Assembly: GCF_000497125.1 (NCBI RefSeq)
Contig: NC_090596.1
Span: 930,001 to 994,000, forward strand
Direction: 5' to 3'
Source of the DNA: Spironucleus salmonicida
Lineage: Eukaryota
DNA length: 64,000 bases
Both the position numbers and the translations under genes were made by a program. The notes below the pieces were generated by a model, which searched no databases, was not told the origin of the DNA, and was given only the letters and a program-made list of their open reading frames with translations. Shown piece by piece: positions 38,046 to 50,860 of this stretch (positions within the stretch are counted from its first letter, which is position 1; the number at the start of each line of letters is the position of its first letter).

Positions 38046-38669
38046 TCATATCCACCTGCCGCCGCTTGCGCCAATCACGAACTTCCGGGCCATAAGGTTC
38101 TGCCCCCTGCTTACTTGGATCGGGATGGTGGTTGAGGCTTGACTGCGCGAATGTGATCTAGTAGGTTCCTTACTGCGCGCTCGTACCTGGCTCATTGCCC
38201 GTCCTGTGAATTGTGACCTGCCAGCCATGTTAAATATCTAGTCATTGAGTCTCTACATCACTTAAGTATTTTTTACTGTCTAGGACAGTGCATGGGAAAA
38301 TTTACTTTATGGCTAGTATTATGATACCGAATTAAACCTTACCACCGGTAGTCTGGAAAACTGAAGCTTTGCATTCCTGACTCCGAGTTCCTAATCCGTT
38401 GCCTACATTTCGATCATGATCGTGTCCATTTCTGTATCATTATGCACCAAGTTTGCCAAATTCTTGGTATCAATGCGAAGATTTGCAGAAGAATCGAACT
38501 ATACTAGATCACGCTCCAAATGTTTAGATATATAAGGGCGAAGCTTCTCTGTCTCTGGCGTATAAATAGAAGATGGTGGATTTACAGGGAGCGGTGTTGT
38601 TGGTGGTGCGGAGTTGTCAGAAAGACTACCATGGGTTTATAAATCAGAGAGTCGCATACGAGATGTCAT
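38046..38669 (-). CDS. Hypothetical protein (207 aa), left-arm copy
   Basis: Mirror of 44169-44792. Confidence 0.55.
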
Positions 38670-39046
38670 TTTTATTAACTATTAATTTTAAATATCTATA
38701 TGTTTATGAAAGATTTGTTTTTCTTACTATTAATGGGCTTATAATTATCAGACTGGCAGTTCTATATTAGACGTAGTAACTATAACTTATACAATAACTT
38801 ATGATTGGAAGCTTTCTAAATAGTTTGTTAGGCAATTTTTGATAAATTTAAGATTGTAGTAGTTGCTTACAATAAATCAGAGCTTGAAGGTTTTTAAACT
38901 TAGTTCAAAAAACTAATGATATTATATTGGTATGACCTTGGTATTTATATCATTTTGAAGCTATAGATATTCAGGATATTTTTATTTTATTTGTAACATC
39001 AAAATATCTATTAGTAAATAAAATTACTTGTATAACAAGATAAATA

Positions 39047-39409
39047 TCACTATTTCATAAATTTCTGACGAAATTTTTAGACTTGTTTTTACCTATATGC
39101 TTCATCCTCTATCATTTTTTCTACATAAATGAATGCCGGTTTCATCACTTTATTATATATAACAACAGAACCTCTCTTATTAATTAGCCAAACAAGTATT
39201 CCTAGTTTAATTGTAGAGTAAAATGTAAACTTTTTAGCAATAGGAATAAGATTTTCAAGAAGCATAAATAAACCATAAATACACCAATACGATAGCCACT
39301 GAATGTCATCTGTGGGTTCAGGTGATTTGTATGATTACACTGATAAATAAACAGGAAACATAATAGAGTAAAGTCTTTACACAAAAGTAGTCAAATTGCT
39401 GAACGACAT
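39047..39409 (-). CDS. TB2/DP1/HVA22 (REEP/Yop1) family protein, left-arm copy
   Basis: Mirror of 43429-43791. Confidence 0.88.
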
Positions 39410-39448
39410 ATTTTAGGGAAAGTAGGGACTTATATTATATAATAATAC

Positions 39449-39880
39449 TCACTAATTGTGATAGTCATGTATGTATTTCGAGAATACTTCATATGACATC
39501 AGTTAGTTGGAGTCACCCAGTTGTTCTATGATTGTCTCAGCTTTTCGATCCGTGATTTAGTATCCTAAAGTCGTCATTATAGTAATAAATTCATATTTGT
39601 CAATATTTTTAGAGTAGTCAGAGTCTCCTGCAAAAAATGCTAAGCTAGCAAGGTCATTTTTACGAACATTCTCAATTATATACATAAAATGAAGAAATTC
39701 TTTAAACGTAAGCATTTTATCCTCATCACGATCAACAAGCTCAATTATTGAACTTGCTTCTAATGGATTCACATCTATGCCTATATGCCGTAAAGTATCC
39801 GACATATCCTTTGCAGAAATTTTTCCTTTATTGGATCCATCCATCTAGACGAATACTCTACGGAGCTAATCCTAATTCAT
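39449..39880 (-). CDS. EF-hand calmodulin-like protein, left-arm copy
   Basis: Mirror of 42958-43389. Confidence 0.88.
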
Positions 39881-39957
39881 TATTATTAAAAATCTGTATG
39901 ACAATATAAAATAAACTGGAATCAATTAAATTAATTTCATTGATTCCCCCTTCTTTA

Positions 39958-40575
39958 ATGAATCCTTAGTTTATGAAAACTCTATATGAATGGTCCACTA
40001 AACAATAGTCGGGGATTAGCTCGATGGAACCAATGGATTTATAACGCTAGAAATGGCTTCAAGAAGCTATGGAAAGTATGTTTGTAGACGGAGCTACTAT
40101 CATTAGAACATGTTTTACAGCACTACCAGATTTGAATTGCGAAGAATAAATCGATGTTTGGGAAAATTTATAGGAGTTATTAGAAAATATAGACAATGCA
40201 ATGGTTCTTAAACCATTGGGAAAATGGCCTGATATTATTAAGGCGATGAAATAAGACGACACCATCCATGTTTACGCATAAAAAGCTGCTGCATCGGCGT
40301 TATAAAATTGTCCTGATGCTATTAAAGCAGCTTTAGATAATAATATAGTAGATGCTATCAAAATTGAAAAATCCTGCTTAGGTGTAGTTTCTGCTCTAAT
40401 TAAAGATGCATAAGGAGTATAATTACTTGAACAGAATATTTTGTAGAAATTTCTTGGACTTGGATGCGACGAACGAGTTATGTACCTAAATGAATAGCTG
40501 GCTGCGTTAGCAGCAGACGAAGAATCACCATTAGAAGCTAAGAAAGCTTATACTAATTAAATCATTTAATAGTGA
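39958..40575 (+). CDS. FES1: Hsp70 nucleotide-exchange factor Fes1/HspBP1-like (205 aa)
   Basis: MKTLYEWS...PMDLQRQKWLQEAM...LQELLENIDNAMVLKPLGKW...ASALQNCP; ends TAG-TGA. Confidence 0.8.
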
Positions 40576-40585
40576 TAAACTTTCC

Positions 40586-41083
40586 TCACTTTATCCAGGA
40601 TTTAAACTTCTAGGTGATATTGTTTGAGGTTTATATTTCTGGAATTAGAAATGTATTATACTGGTTAATGGTATCATTCTTATAATTTTAAGCGACGATA
40701 TCTAACAAATTTCCTTATTAAATGCTAGGATTTAAGAATTATATAGATTTCCACGTACTCTATATATCACCGTTCTCTGAAACACATATCTTGCCTTTAA
40801 AACTTATCTTAAACTTATGGTCAATAGACAATTACCTAAAAATAGATCTAGGTAAATTATCATTATGAATAGTAATGTCCTAATTATTTTTAAACACATC
40901 TTTTAATTATGGGTTAACCACTACCATACCATTTTCTATTTTGAATAAAAGTGAACTCGCTATTGATTTATCTGACAAATTATCATGATACAATTTTTAG
41001 GATACAGTACGTATAATATCTGCATTTTTTACTAAAATAAAAGTACTAACACAACAAATTACCTTCGGAATTTACTTTAACAT
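40586..41083 (-). CDS. Hypothetical protein (165 aa), left-arm copy
   Basis: Mirror of 41755-42252. Confidence 0.55.
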
Positions 41084-41103
41084 TATACAAAATTAAATTT
41101 TAT

Positions 41104-41703
41104 TCACATAGTTACCATCATTACTAGAATAAAGAAATAAATAATTTAATAAAAATCAAAATATCTACTTAACTAATGTATTTAGTAGGAAACTTCATAC
41201 CAAACCCCTCTATAACTCGATTAGATATTATAATTGTAAAGGTTTTGAATTAAGTTTTATCTAAATTAATTATTTTTAATACTAATTGCTAGCAATTTAT
41301 AGATATCACGCTAATTTTCTTCAATATTATTAATCTAAAACGATTATAATAATTTAGTGATTTACTAAGATTATTTAAAATATTCTATGTACTTTTGTTA
41401 ATAATCTTTCTACTAGTGTTAAATTTAATCTTATAAATCTTTCATGTATTACTACTTTTCATAAATTTGGATTTATTTTAACTATAACTCTTAATCCAGA
41501 CTGAAAATATCAGATAACTCTAATTGTGAACTTTCCAAATCGTCAATCTACAACTATAATCCCCAATTTAATGTAGTCAACTATTTAATTTCTGCTTCTA
41601 AGTTATGGATTTCTTATTACTTTTACTAAATCCTTTCTTAAATCTCTATTATATTTATCATTGTTTGTGGTTCGATTTAACCTTATTTAATAATTTTGTT
41701 CAT
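41104..41703 (-). CDS. Coiled-coil protein with hydrophobic C-terminus (199 aa), single copy in the IR2 spacer
   Basis: MNKIIKQGQIEPQ..., Q/E/K-rich heptads, ends IIYFFILVMMVTM-TGA. Confidence 0.6.
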
Positions 41704-41754
41704 TTATATAAAAATGAATCATATACAATATATGCTATGATTTAATTTTGTATA

Positions 41755-42252
41755 ATGTTAAAGTAAATTCCGAAGGTAATTTGTTGTGTTAGTACTTTTA
41801 TTTTAGTAAAAAATGCAGATATTATACGTACTGTATCCTAAAAATTGTATCATGATAATTTGTCAGATAAATCAATAGCGAGTTCACTTTTATTCAAAAT
41901 AGAAAATGGTATGGTAGTGGTTAACCCATAATTAAAAGATGTGTTTAAAAATAATTAGGACATTACTATTCATAATGATAATTTACCTAGATCTATTTTT
42001 AGGTAATTGTCTATTGACCATAAGTTTAAGATAAGTTTTAAAGGCAAGATATGTGTTTCAGAGAACGGTGATATATAGAGTACGTGGAAATCTATATAAT
42101 TCTTAAATCCTAGCATTTAATAAGGAAATTTGTTAGATATCGTCGCTTAAAATTATAAGAATGATACCATTAACCAGTATAATACATTTCTAATTCCAGA
42201 AATATAAACCTCAAACAATATCACCTAGAAGTTTAAATCCTGGATAAAGTGA
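41755..42252 (+). CDS. Hypothetical protein (165 aa), right-arm copy
   Basis: MLKQIPKVICCV...KFKSWIK, ends AAG-TGA. Confidence 0.55.
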
Positions 42253-42262
42253 GGAAAGTTTA

Positions 42263-42880
42263 TCACTATTAAATGATTTAATTAGTATAAGCTTTCTTAG
42301 CTTCTAATGGTGATTCTTCGTCTGCTGCTAACGCAGCCAGCTATTCATTTAGGTACATAACTCGTTCGTCGCATCCAAGTCCAAGAAATTTCTACAAAAT
42401 ATTCTGTTCAAGTAATTATACTCCTTATGCATCTTTAATTAGAGCAGAAACTACACCTAAGCAGGATTTTTCAATTTTGATAGCATCTACTATATTATTA
42501 TCTAAAGCTGCTTTAATAGCATCAGGACAATTTTATAACGCCGATGCAGCAGCTTTTTATGCGTAAACATGGATGGTGTCGTCTTATTTCATCGCCTTAA
42601 TAATATCAGGCCATTTTCCCAATGGTTTAAGAACCATTGCATTGTCTATATTTTCTAATAACTCCTATAAATTTTCCCAAACATCGATTTATTCTTCGCA
42701 ATTCAAATCTGGTAGTGCTGTAAAACATGTTCTAATGATAGTAGCTCCGTCTACAAACATACTTTCCATAGCTTCTTGAAGCCATTTCTAGCGTTATAAA
42801 TCCATTGGTTCCATCGAGCTAATCCCCGACTATTGTTTAGTGGACCATTCATATAGAGTTTTCATAAACTAAGGATTCAT
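42263..42880 (-). CDS. FES1: Fes1/HspBP1-like, right-arm copy
   Basis: Mirror of 39958-40575. Confidence 0.8.
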
Positions 42881-42957
42881 TAAAGAAGGGGGAATCAATG
42901 AAATTAATTTAATTGATTCCAGTTTATTTTATATTGTCATACAGATTTTTAATAATA

Positions 42958-43389
42958 ATGAATTAGGATTAGCTCCGTAGAGTATTCGTCTAGATGGATG
43001 GATCCAATAAAGGAAAAATTTCTGCAAAGGATATGTCGGATACTTTACGGCATATAGGCATAGATGTGAATCCATTAGAAGCAAGTTCAATAATTGAGCT
43101 TGTTGATCGTGATGAGGATAAAATGCTTACGTTTAAAGAATTTCTTCATTTTATGTATATAATTGAGAATGTTCGTAAAAATGACCTTGCTAGCTTAGCA
43201 TTTTTTGCAGGAGACTCTGACTACTCTAAAAATATTGACAAATATGAATTTATTACTATAATGACGACTTTAGGATACTAAATCACGGATCGAAAAGCTG
43301 AGACAATCATAGAACAACTGGGTGACTCCAACTAACTGATGTCATATGAAGTATTCTCGAAATACATACATGACTATCACAATTAGTGA
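42958..43389 (+). CDS. EF-hand calmodulin-like protein (143 aa)
   Basis: Loops DGSNKGKISAKD, DRDEDKMLTFKE, DSDYSKNIDKYE; ends TAG-TGA. Confidence 0.88.
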
Positions 43390-43428
43390 GTATTATTATA
43401 TAATATAAGTCCCTACTTTCCCTAAAAT

Positions 43429-43791
43429 ATGTCGTTCAGCAATTTGACTACTTTTGTGTAAAGACTTTACTCTATTATGTTTCCTGTTTATTTATCAGTG
43501 TAATCATACAAATCACCTGAACCCACAGATGACATTCAGTGGCTATCGTATTGGTGTATTTATGGTTTATTTATGCTTCTTGAAAATCTTATTCCTATTG
43601 CTAAAAAGTTTACATTTTACTCTACAATTAAACTAGGAATACTTGTTTGGCTAATTAATAAGAGAGGTTCTGTTGTTATATATAATAAAGTGATGAAACC
43701 GGCATTCATTTATGTAGAAAAAATGATAGAGGATGAAGCATATAGGTAAAAACAAGTCTAAAAATTTCGTCAGAAATTTATGAAATAGTGA
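43429..43791 (+). CDS. TB2/DP1/HVA22 (REEP/Yop1) family protein (120 aa)
   Basis: FPVYLSVQSYKSPEPTDDIQWLSYWCIYG...FYSTIKLGILVWL...GSVVIYNKVMKP; ends TAG-TGA. Confidence 0.88.
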
Positions 43792-44168
43792 TATTTATCT
43801 TGTTATACAAGTAATTTTATTTACTAATAGATATTTTGATGTTACAAATAAAATAAAAATATCCTGAATATCTATAGCTTCAAAATGATATAAATACCAA
43901 GGTCATACCAATATAATATCATTAGTTTTTTGAACTAAGTTTAAAAACCTTCAAGCTCTGATTTATTGTAAGCAACTACTACAATCTTAAATTTATCAAA
44001 AATTGCCTAACAAACTATTTAGAAAGCTTCCAATCATAAGTTATTGTATAAGTTATAGTTACTACGTCTAATATAGAACTGCCAGTCTGATAATTATAAG
44101 CCCATTAATAGTAAGAAAAACAAATCTTTCATAAACATATAGATATTTAAAATTAATAGTTAATAAAA

Positions 44169-44792
44169 ATGACATCTCGTATGCGACTCTCTGATTTATA
44201 AACCCATGGTAGTCTTTCTGACAACTCCGCACCACCAACAACACCGCTCCCTGTAAATCCACCATCTTCTATTTATACGCCAGAGACAGAGAAGCTTCGC
44301 CCTTATATATCTAAACATTTGGAGCGTGATCTAGTATAGTTCGATTCTTCTGCAAATCTTCGCATTGATACCAAGAATTTGGCAAACTTGGTGCATAATG
44401 ATACAGAAATGGACACGATCATGATCGAAATGTAGGCAACGGATTAGGAACTCGGAGTCAGGAATGCAAAGCTTCAGTTTTCCAGACTACCGGTGGTAAG
44501 GTTTAATTCGGTATCATAATACTAGCCATAAAGTAAATTTTCCCATGCACTGTCCTAGACAGTAAAAAATACTTAAGTGATGTAGAGACTCAATGACTAG
44601 ATATTTAACATGGCTGGCAGGTCACAATTCACAGGACGGGCAATGAGCCAGGTACGAGCGCGCAGTAAGGAACCTACTAGATCACATTCGCGCAGTCAAG
44701 CCTCAACCACCATCCCGATCCAAGTAAGCAGGGGGCAGAACCTTATGGCCCGGAAGTTCGTGATTGGCGCAAGCGGCGGCAGGTGGATATGA
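44169..44792 (+). CDS. Hypothetical protein (207 aa), right-arm copy
   Basis: MTSRMRLSDLQTHGS... in frame with supplied ORF 44610-44792. Confidence 0.55.
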
Positions 44793-45794
44793 CACCAATT
44801 TGTTGGGTAGCCTGCACAGCTGGAGTGTGGCGGGCTTCATTACCGTGTCGAAACTACCGTTGACCGTGGCCTCTGTGCCGCTGTGATTGCAATGCAGGTT
44901 TCGGCTAGGACTCATACTCACCCGCCTCCAGTCACTTGCACTGGTCTGTGGACCTGTAGGCCGCCCAATCCTGCAGGGCAGCATATATTCACCAGGTAGT
45001 CGCGTAGCTGCGTCTGCTGTGGCCTGCACACAGGGCCTACTAGTGACGTAGGACCTGCAGCCGACTTCCAAATGCCGTATTGCGCAGGTGCAGTTCCGCA
45101 GTGCAACACACCCAGGCACGAAGCCGCCGTGATTGGCCACTTGCCGCACGCGCCTTTCCGGTCCTGGAAGCTCGCTTCCGGATGGCGCTCGGCGGAGTTT
45201 TGCTCCGGCGCACCACCCGAAGCGAGGGCTGCGCATGCACGCTGTGGAAGGCCGGCGCGCGGCATCCGGCCAACGTTACGCTGGGCGAGAGTATATTTAG
45301 ATCTGATAGGAATATATAAATTTTACGCTAAAAGTGGAACAAATATTATTAACAGAATTTACTTTTAATAATTTTAATTTTTGGTGAGGATACAGTTTAA
45401 AAAAATGGTTAATGATATTTTTTCTGAGTTTACTATAAATAATGATGTTTATTGTGAATTTTCTAATAGCAAAATAATGGTTCTAGGAAATTTTATTGAT
45501 CATTTATAACCATAAATATGCAGAAACTTAATCAGCATGTTTTCTTATAAAGCAGAAAAGCAAAAAGACTTACTATATATTTACATATATTAACTAAATA
45601 GAATAAAATTGTTAAGTTGTATTCGACTTAGATTATTAAGTACTAAAATTATCATTATTTCAAGTAGTAAAATAATATCACAATTATATATAAATTCAAA
45701 ATTTATTGAATATCGAGTATAATTATGAACAAATCATAAAAATATTATAAGTTATTTATTTAATATTAATTAAAAGTCAAACTATGGTACATTA

Positions 45795-46759
45795 AAATGG
45801 GAGCAGTCGGAAGTTTGATATCTAGTGCGGACACGTACCTGCTGAGCCAAGTGGACGAGGTGGAGTAACTTGATAACATCCTTCCTAAGCCAACCACCGC
45901 CAATTTGAAGATAGCGAAGAACCAAACCTTCCCACCATTCGCTTAATCGTAACAGCCATTGTAAAACATGTCCTCCAACAAGCTCATATGCAGCAACAGC
46001 CTGTCCTTCATGACAGAGCACTTCCTGCTCAGCTCCCAGGCGTCGCAGATGTTCAGCATGGTAGACGAGCCGCTGAAGGAGCTGTACGTCGACTGAAGTG
46101 GGGTAATGAGTTTATTTTGGTTTCTTTTTTATACTTACTATAAAGATAGGTAACCAACAAATTTAATCGGATCCGCAGACCTTCCGAAATGCGACTGACG
46201 CACCTCCCATAGGCCAACGGCCATCATGCGGCCCAGGCGATTGGAAAGTTCTGCATATGGCTTAACCACTCTGGCGGCTGACCACGCACAGGGCAGCATG
46301 GGAATTTCATGCAGCGGCGTGAAGAGCTTCTTTACCGTCGCCTGCGCCTTCCGCTACCATTCCACCGCTCTCGGAAACGTGGAGTAGCGCGTGCAAAACT
46401 TCCGCCCTCCCAATGCCCTACCTGCCCAGCAAGCGTATCCCTGCTCGGCGTTACTGAGCGGGACCGCCGCGAGATCAGATGCTCAAAGCAAAATTTCACA
46501 AACCCTACGCGCATACTAATGCTATCTCCCATTCCCGAACTCCGGAGATGGACACCTTGGTATCTATTTGGAACATAATACATGGCGAGTTTCATCGCGA
46601 TTGCTAGCTGGCCCAGTGTAGTGAGCGAAGTATTGGTAGGGCTTCCACGTTTTTAAATCAGCATACTATTATTTCAAAACAAGCTTCCTGAGGCTTGTCT
46701 GGCGAATGGGAAAACAACGGTCAAGACAACACGGCCATAATAGTATTACTATGACAGAA
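45795..46759. repeat. 965-bp direct repeat, copy 2
   Basis: Near-identical to 28334-29298. Confidence 0.95.
45797..46096 (+). CDS. Small MG-family protein (99 aa), second copy
   Basis: Same protein as 28336-28635. Confidence 0.75.
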
Positions 46760-47495
46760 GTACAGTATACAATTCTTGTAGTTGGATGTATTCATCTGAA
46801 AATATAAACTGCTATACCATAAATGACTAGCTTTATTAAATTTTAACATCAAGCTAATAAAATGAAAATACTTCTAAAAACAAAGACTTTGAATTAAAAT
46901 ATCAATTTTCAGTATATACGTTATGATATCATAATAATTTAATAAAATAGTCTAATTCTTTATATTTTTATTGTTAATAATATTTATAGCTAAGCTTTAC
47001 TTCCATAAAAATTTACATAAAAAGTTAATCAAACTTTATAGTGATAAAATTATTATGAAAAATTTGTGAATATCAATGGAGTTGTATAATTAATATATGA
47101 AATTGAAAAGTATCTCAATAAATTTAATCTCATGTCAAATATATTCATAATTGGCTTCTAATTTACTGTTATCTGTATTAATTTTAAATTTAAAGATAAA
47201 TTAAAAGCTAAACATCTAATAACAGTTGTAAAAATATTGATATCATCTTTTAGCAAACATAAATTTATGGTTAAAATTATAATAGGTTTATTAATATATA
47301 ATAATATATTATATATTACTAATTTATATTTTAAAGTCATGAATCAATGTAACGCATTAAAGTGTCATGACTCCTTAATAAGACGAAATTCTATAATGAT
47401 ACGAAAAATTTGAAGATATGAATAATTCCGATTATGAGTTCTTACAGTATTATATAGAAATTTATAATAATATTTTTTCACTTCGAACTATACAA

Positions 47496-48005
47496 ATGGA
47501 CACGTATGTACCTTCTTACCCTTAGGTTGATATAAAGACAACATGTGTTTAGTTTGAAAGCAAGGTACCTGATACGATTTTTGATTTCGACAAATACTTT
47601 ATATCGTTTACCTCTAATGATTAGATTGGCCCACATTTTTAGATCTGCTCAATTCACTTTGAGGTACTTAACAGGATTCCTTGTGACGACACTGCTGGTT
47701 TTACTATGCCAGGAGTGTATTTTACCGGAAGTGGTAACCATATGTTGGATCTTACCACTGCTACTCTCTATAAGAGAAATCCTAAGGCTGACTTTTAAAG
47801 CATTTGGGAGTTCGTCCGCACTAACACTAAGGATGGAACCTACATCAACGAAGTCTAGAAAGTGGTATTCGATGAATACGAATGCGACTACGAACAATGG
47901 ACCAAAAGAATGAACGAGTACTACCATAAGGAAGATAAAGACCTGGTCCACTACAACGTGGACTCCCTCTGTAAGGTTTAAATCGACAACGGTGACTTGG
48001 AGTGA
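47496..48005 (+). CDS. Hypothetical protein (169 aa)
   Basis: MDTYVPSYPQVDIKTTC...QIDNGDLE, ends GAG-TGA; natural codon and residue pattern. Confidence 0.7.
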
Positions 48006-48358
48006 TGAATCTTTGCCTGGAGCTGCCCGCAAACCGTCAATTTCCTTTCCTTTCAAATGGCCACAATCCTACACCCTAAATATCATATATCTCTGTTCTA
48101 CTCACGCTTGTCCTCCTAACACTCTATTTCACCATTTCTTCACTTCTCTATTTCCAACTGATATATCATAAATTTTCACTCCACATTCCTCTTTTCCCCA
48201 TCTATTTGTGCACAGCACCCCTTATATTCCATATTCCCCATTTCTCTTCAGAATTATTCAATTCACTCCCATTAAATCTCCCATTTTCATCCCCCAAATT
48301 CATCACAACTGATATAACAACTGATATAACGTTTTTTTCACTCCCACTAATTCCGCCC

Positions 48359-49084
48359 TCACCGCCGCTTGTAAACGCACGGCCGCAAGCGCACCAGCAC
48401 GCGCCCACTGCCCTCCCCCGCTGCGCCCTTCTCGTAGCAGCTTACGTGGAAGTAGTTGTAGTCGCAGCGGTAGAAACAGCGAAATCCGACGCTTTCCACT
48501 CCTTTTACGAACTGATCCAACGGCGAGCGGGAGCCGACCTCCGCGACCCACAACTCGCCCGAATCGCTCAGGACGCGGAAGGCCTCGCTGAGCATTTTCG
48601 CCGGTTCGCCCATCAGCGAAAGCGAGAAAATGCAGACGTCGGCGGCCCCGGCGGCCGCCGGGAGATTCGTGGCGTCAGCCACTTCCACGAAAGGGGCAGT
48701 TTCCGGCACCTGCAAATCGAAGGAGCGAAAAGTCAAATTTGAATTCAATTTTTGCAATTTTGCGTCGCCGCAGCCGATGTCGAAAATCGTCAAATTCGCA
48801 AAATTCGTCTTTTTTGTCAGAATTTTATTTGTCGAAATTTGCGCGTTTTGGGGGTTTTGCAGGCAGTCGGCAAAGAGGTCCACGGGGTTCAGCTGCCACG
48901 ACGTCGTTTGGAGCCTGAAGCCCTCGTGGTACTGCGCGAACAATTACGGGTTTTCCTGAAACGCCGTTAGGGAGGCGGCGGTAGGCTGCGTGTAGAGCTG
49001 CTCGTTCAGCAGTCGAAATTTGGCAGATTTGACCTTTTCGGAGGCCGAAAGCTTCGTGGAAAAGCTCTTTTTATGGTTCTTCAT
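48359..49084 (-). CDS. RRP8: rRNA m1A methyltransferase RRP8 (241 aa)
   Basis: AKFRLLNEQLYT, YHEGFR, WQLNPVD, DIGCGDAKL, SFDL, FSLSLMG, EAFRVL, VAEVGSR, LRPCVYKRR. Confidence 0.95.
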
Positions 49085-49329
49085 TTAAAAGGAGTGGAAG
49101 AAATTAGTATTATTAAGTATATAATAATGAATAATTATATGAAAAAATTTCCACTCCTTTTATACGAACATCTTAAGGTCTGCGATTTTGCGGGGCGGAC
49201 TTAGTCATTGTTCTAGCACGGCTCATTATGAATAGATTATCCAGGTTATCGTTCTGATAGCATGGTTTTTTAGTGTAATGAAAAAGTTCTCAAATATTTT
49301 TATTTCATTTCGCGGCCGTAAAAGCTCAG

Positions 49330-49512
49330 TCACCAGGCGATCTCCAGCTCCTTTTCCAAGCAATTTCTCTTCTGGTAAATTCTTCTGCGGATGCCATAAT
49401 TCAGTTCGTTTACGATTTCAAGCTTTCGGTCGCTAAATCGCTCAAATCTCACTGTATGTTTCAGCTGCGGATTGCCGTCCCAAGACGTATGCGCCAAATG
49501 GTAATCCGTCAT
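49330..49512 (-). CDS. Hypothetical protein (60 aa)
   Basis: AAAATG start and a true TGA stop. Confidence 0.45.
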   Translation of the reverse strand: MTDYHLAHTSWDGNPQLKHTVRFERFSDRKLEIVNELNYGIRRRIYQKRNCLEKELEIAW

Positions 49513-49843
49513 TTTAAATTACGATTTCTGGAGGTTATTGATTTGAATGGCCAGGAAATTGCATATTAAAGTGATTTAATTTTATGACTTAAAAATTAGA
49601 CAATCAGTTTTTAGCGTATTATGAGATATTTGTGCAGTTTTAAAAAACATTTAAGCTAAGTTGTTATTAGCGATATATAACATAATGAGGGTAAAAATCG
49701 GTAGACACGAAAATTGGTACTAAATTTTATATCAGTATTATACGATAATTTAACATAAATTCGAGAAAATGATGAGTACAGCCTGCGTGCAAAAAGTATT
49801 TCTGGGGTTAAAATAATTTTACAGCTATCAAAAACTAGGGTAG

Positions 49844-50860
49844 TCATTATAATAATCCCATAATATCATCTTCAGCCTCAATTATGTCATCTACTTGTAA
49901 GTCACTGAAGCTAAGGACGAATTCTTCAATCGAGAATTTCTCATTTCTCACAATTTCGTGCAAATTACCTTTCTTAACCCCAGTTCTAAGTTCTCTCGCA
50001 CTTTTATGTGAGCTTCGAATAAATGCACGCCCTTTGTCTTATATCTCCTCTTCAAATTCCTAAACTTTTTGGATGAAAACTTGGCAGCTCAAATGAAATT
50101 TGGTTTACCATTTTTATTCATCGAAAATTTTACATCTTACTATTAAAACTGCTGTGCAGTCATCTTAAGCGTCGACAAGTCTCAGTTAGGCTCTTGCCGC
50201 TTGCCGGACTAATTCTCTACATGCAATGTAAGGGTTATTTAGGTTTCTATTAGCAATTTACTACATCTCTTTATCTTCTAAAACGCTCCATATCCCATCA
50301 GAAACTATTAACGCAAACTCAAAAGTTGGTGGGGATTCGTAGAATTCTGCAGAGTTATCAAGATATTTTTTAGCTACTTTGTCTCCAAATGATCTAGAGT
50401 TTGCAAACACCCATGGAGATACGTAAAGAAGATTATTCTTCACGATTCCACCTTTCTATATCAATTTTTACTTATCATTTTCTACAGAATGATCGTTTGT
50501 AATTAAATTAAAGTTTCCATTCCTTTGATAGTAAATACGTGAATCACCTAAATTAAAAGCTATAGCGGAATTCTAATCAATATAAATACTAGCAATCGTA
50601 GACCCTGACATATCAGTTGTAGTACTATTAAATTCATCATCAAGCTACTTTATTTTTGCGGCTATAGTAGCTGTGTTCTTAACTGCTAGATCTTATTTTA
50701 TTTTATTGTATAGTTTTTACTTTAGAAATAGAGCCGCATTATCCGATTAACCATGACCATCAAAAACTGATGCAAATACTGGATAGTTTTGATTTACATA
50801 AAAGTGATCTTGGTTGGCTGAGAATTACTGCGAGAATTGACCAACCTTAAACGGATTCAT
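49844..50860 (-). CDS. Protein phosphatase 2C (338 aa)
   Basis: NQD, SVFDGHG, SGST, NLGDSR, TNDHS, SRSFGD, VSDGIW, QDDCTAVLI. Confidence 0.93.

Larger units (their letters stand above)
37541..41098. repeat. Inverted repeat 2, left arm (3558 bp; partner 41740-45297)
   Basis: Mirror coordinates sum to 82838 throughout; ends located by first mismatch. Confidence 0.97.
41740..45297. repeat. Inverted repeat 2, right arm (3558 bp)
   Basis: Reverse complement of 37541-41098. Confidence 0.97.

Noticed and set aside
43885-44172. 95-aa ORF overlapping the next start (ATGA), plus similar ORFs at 53257-53511 and ~56790-57215
   Set aside because: No motif or codon support; compatible with chance in AT-rich DNA.
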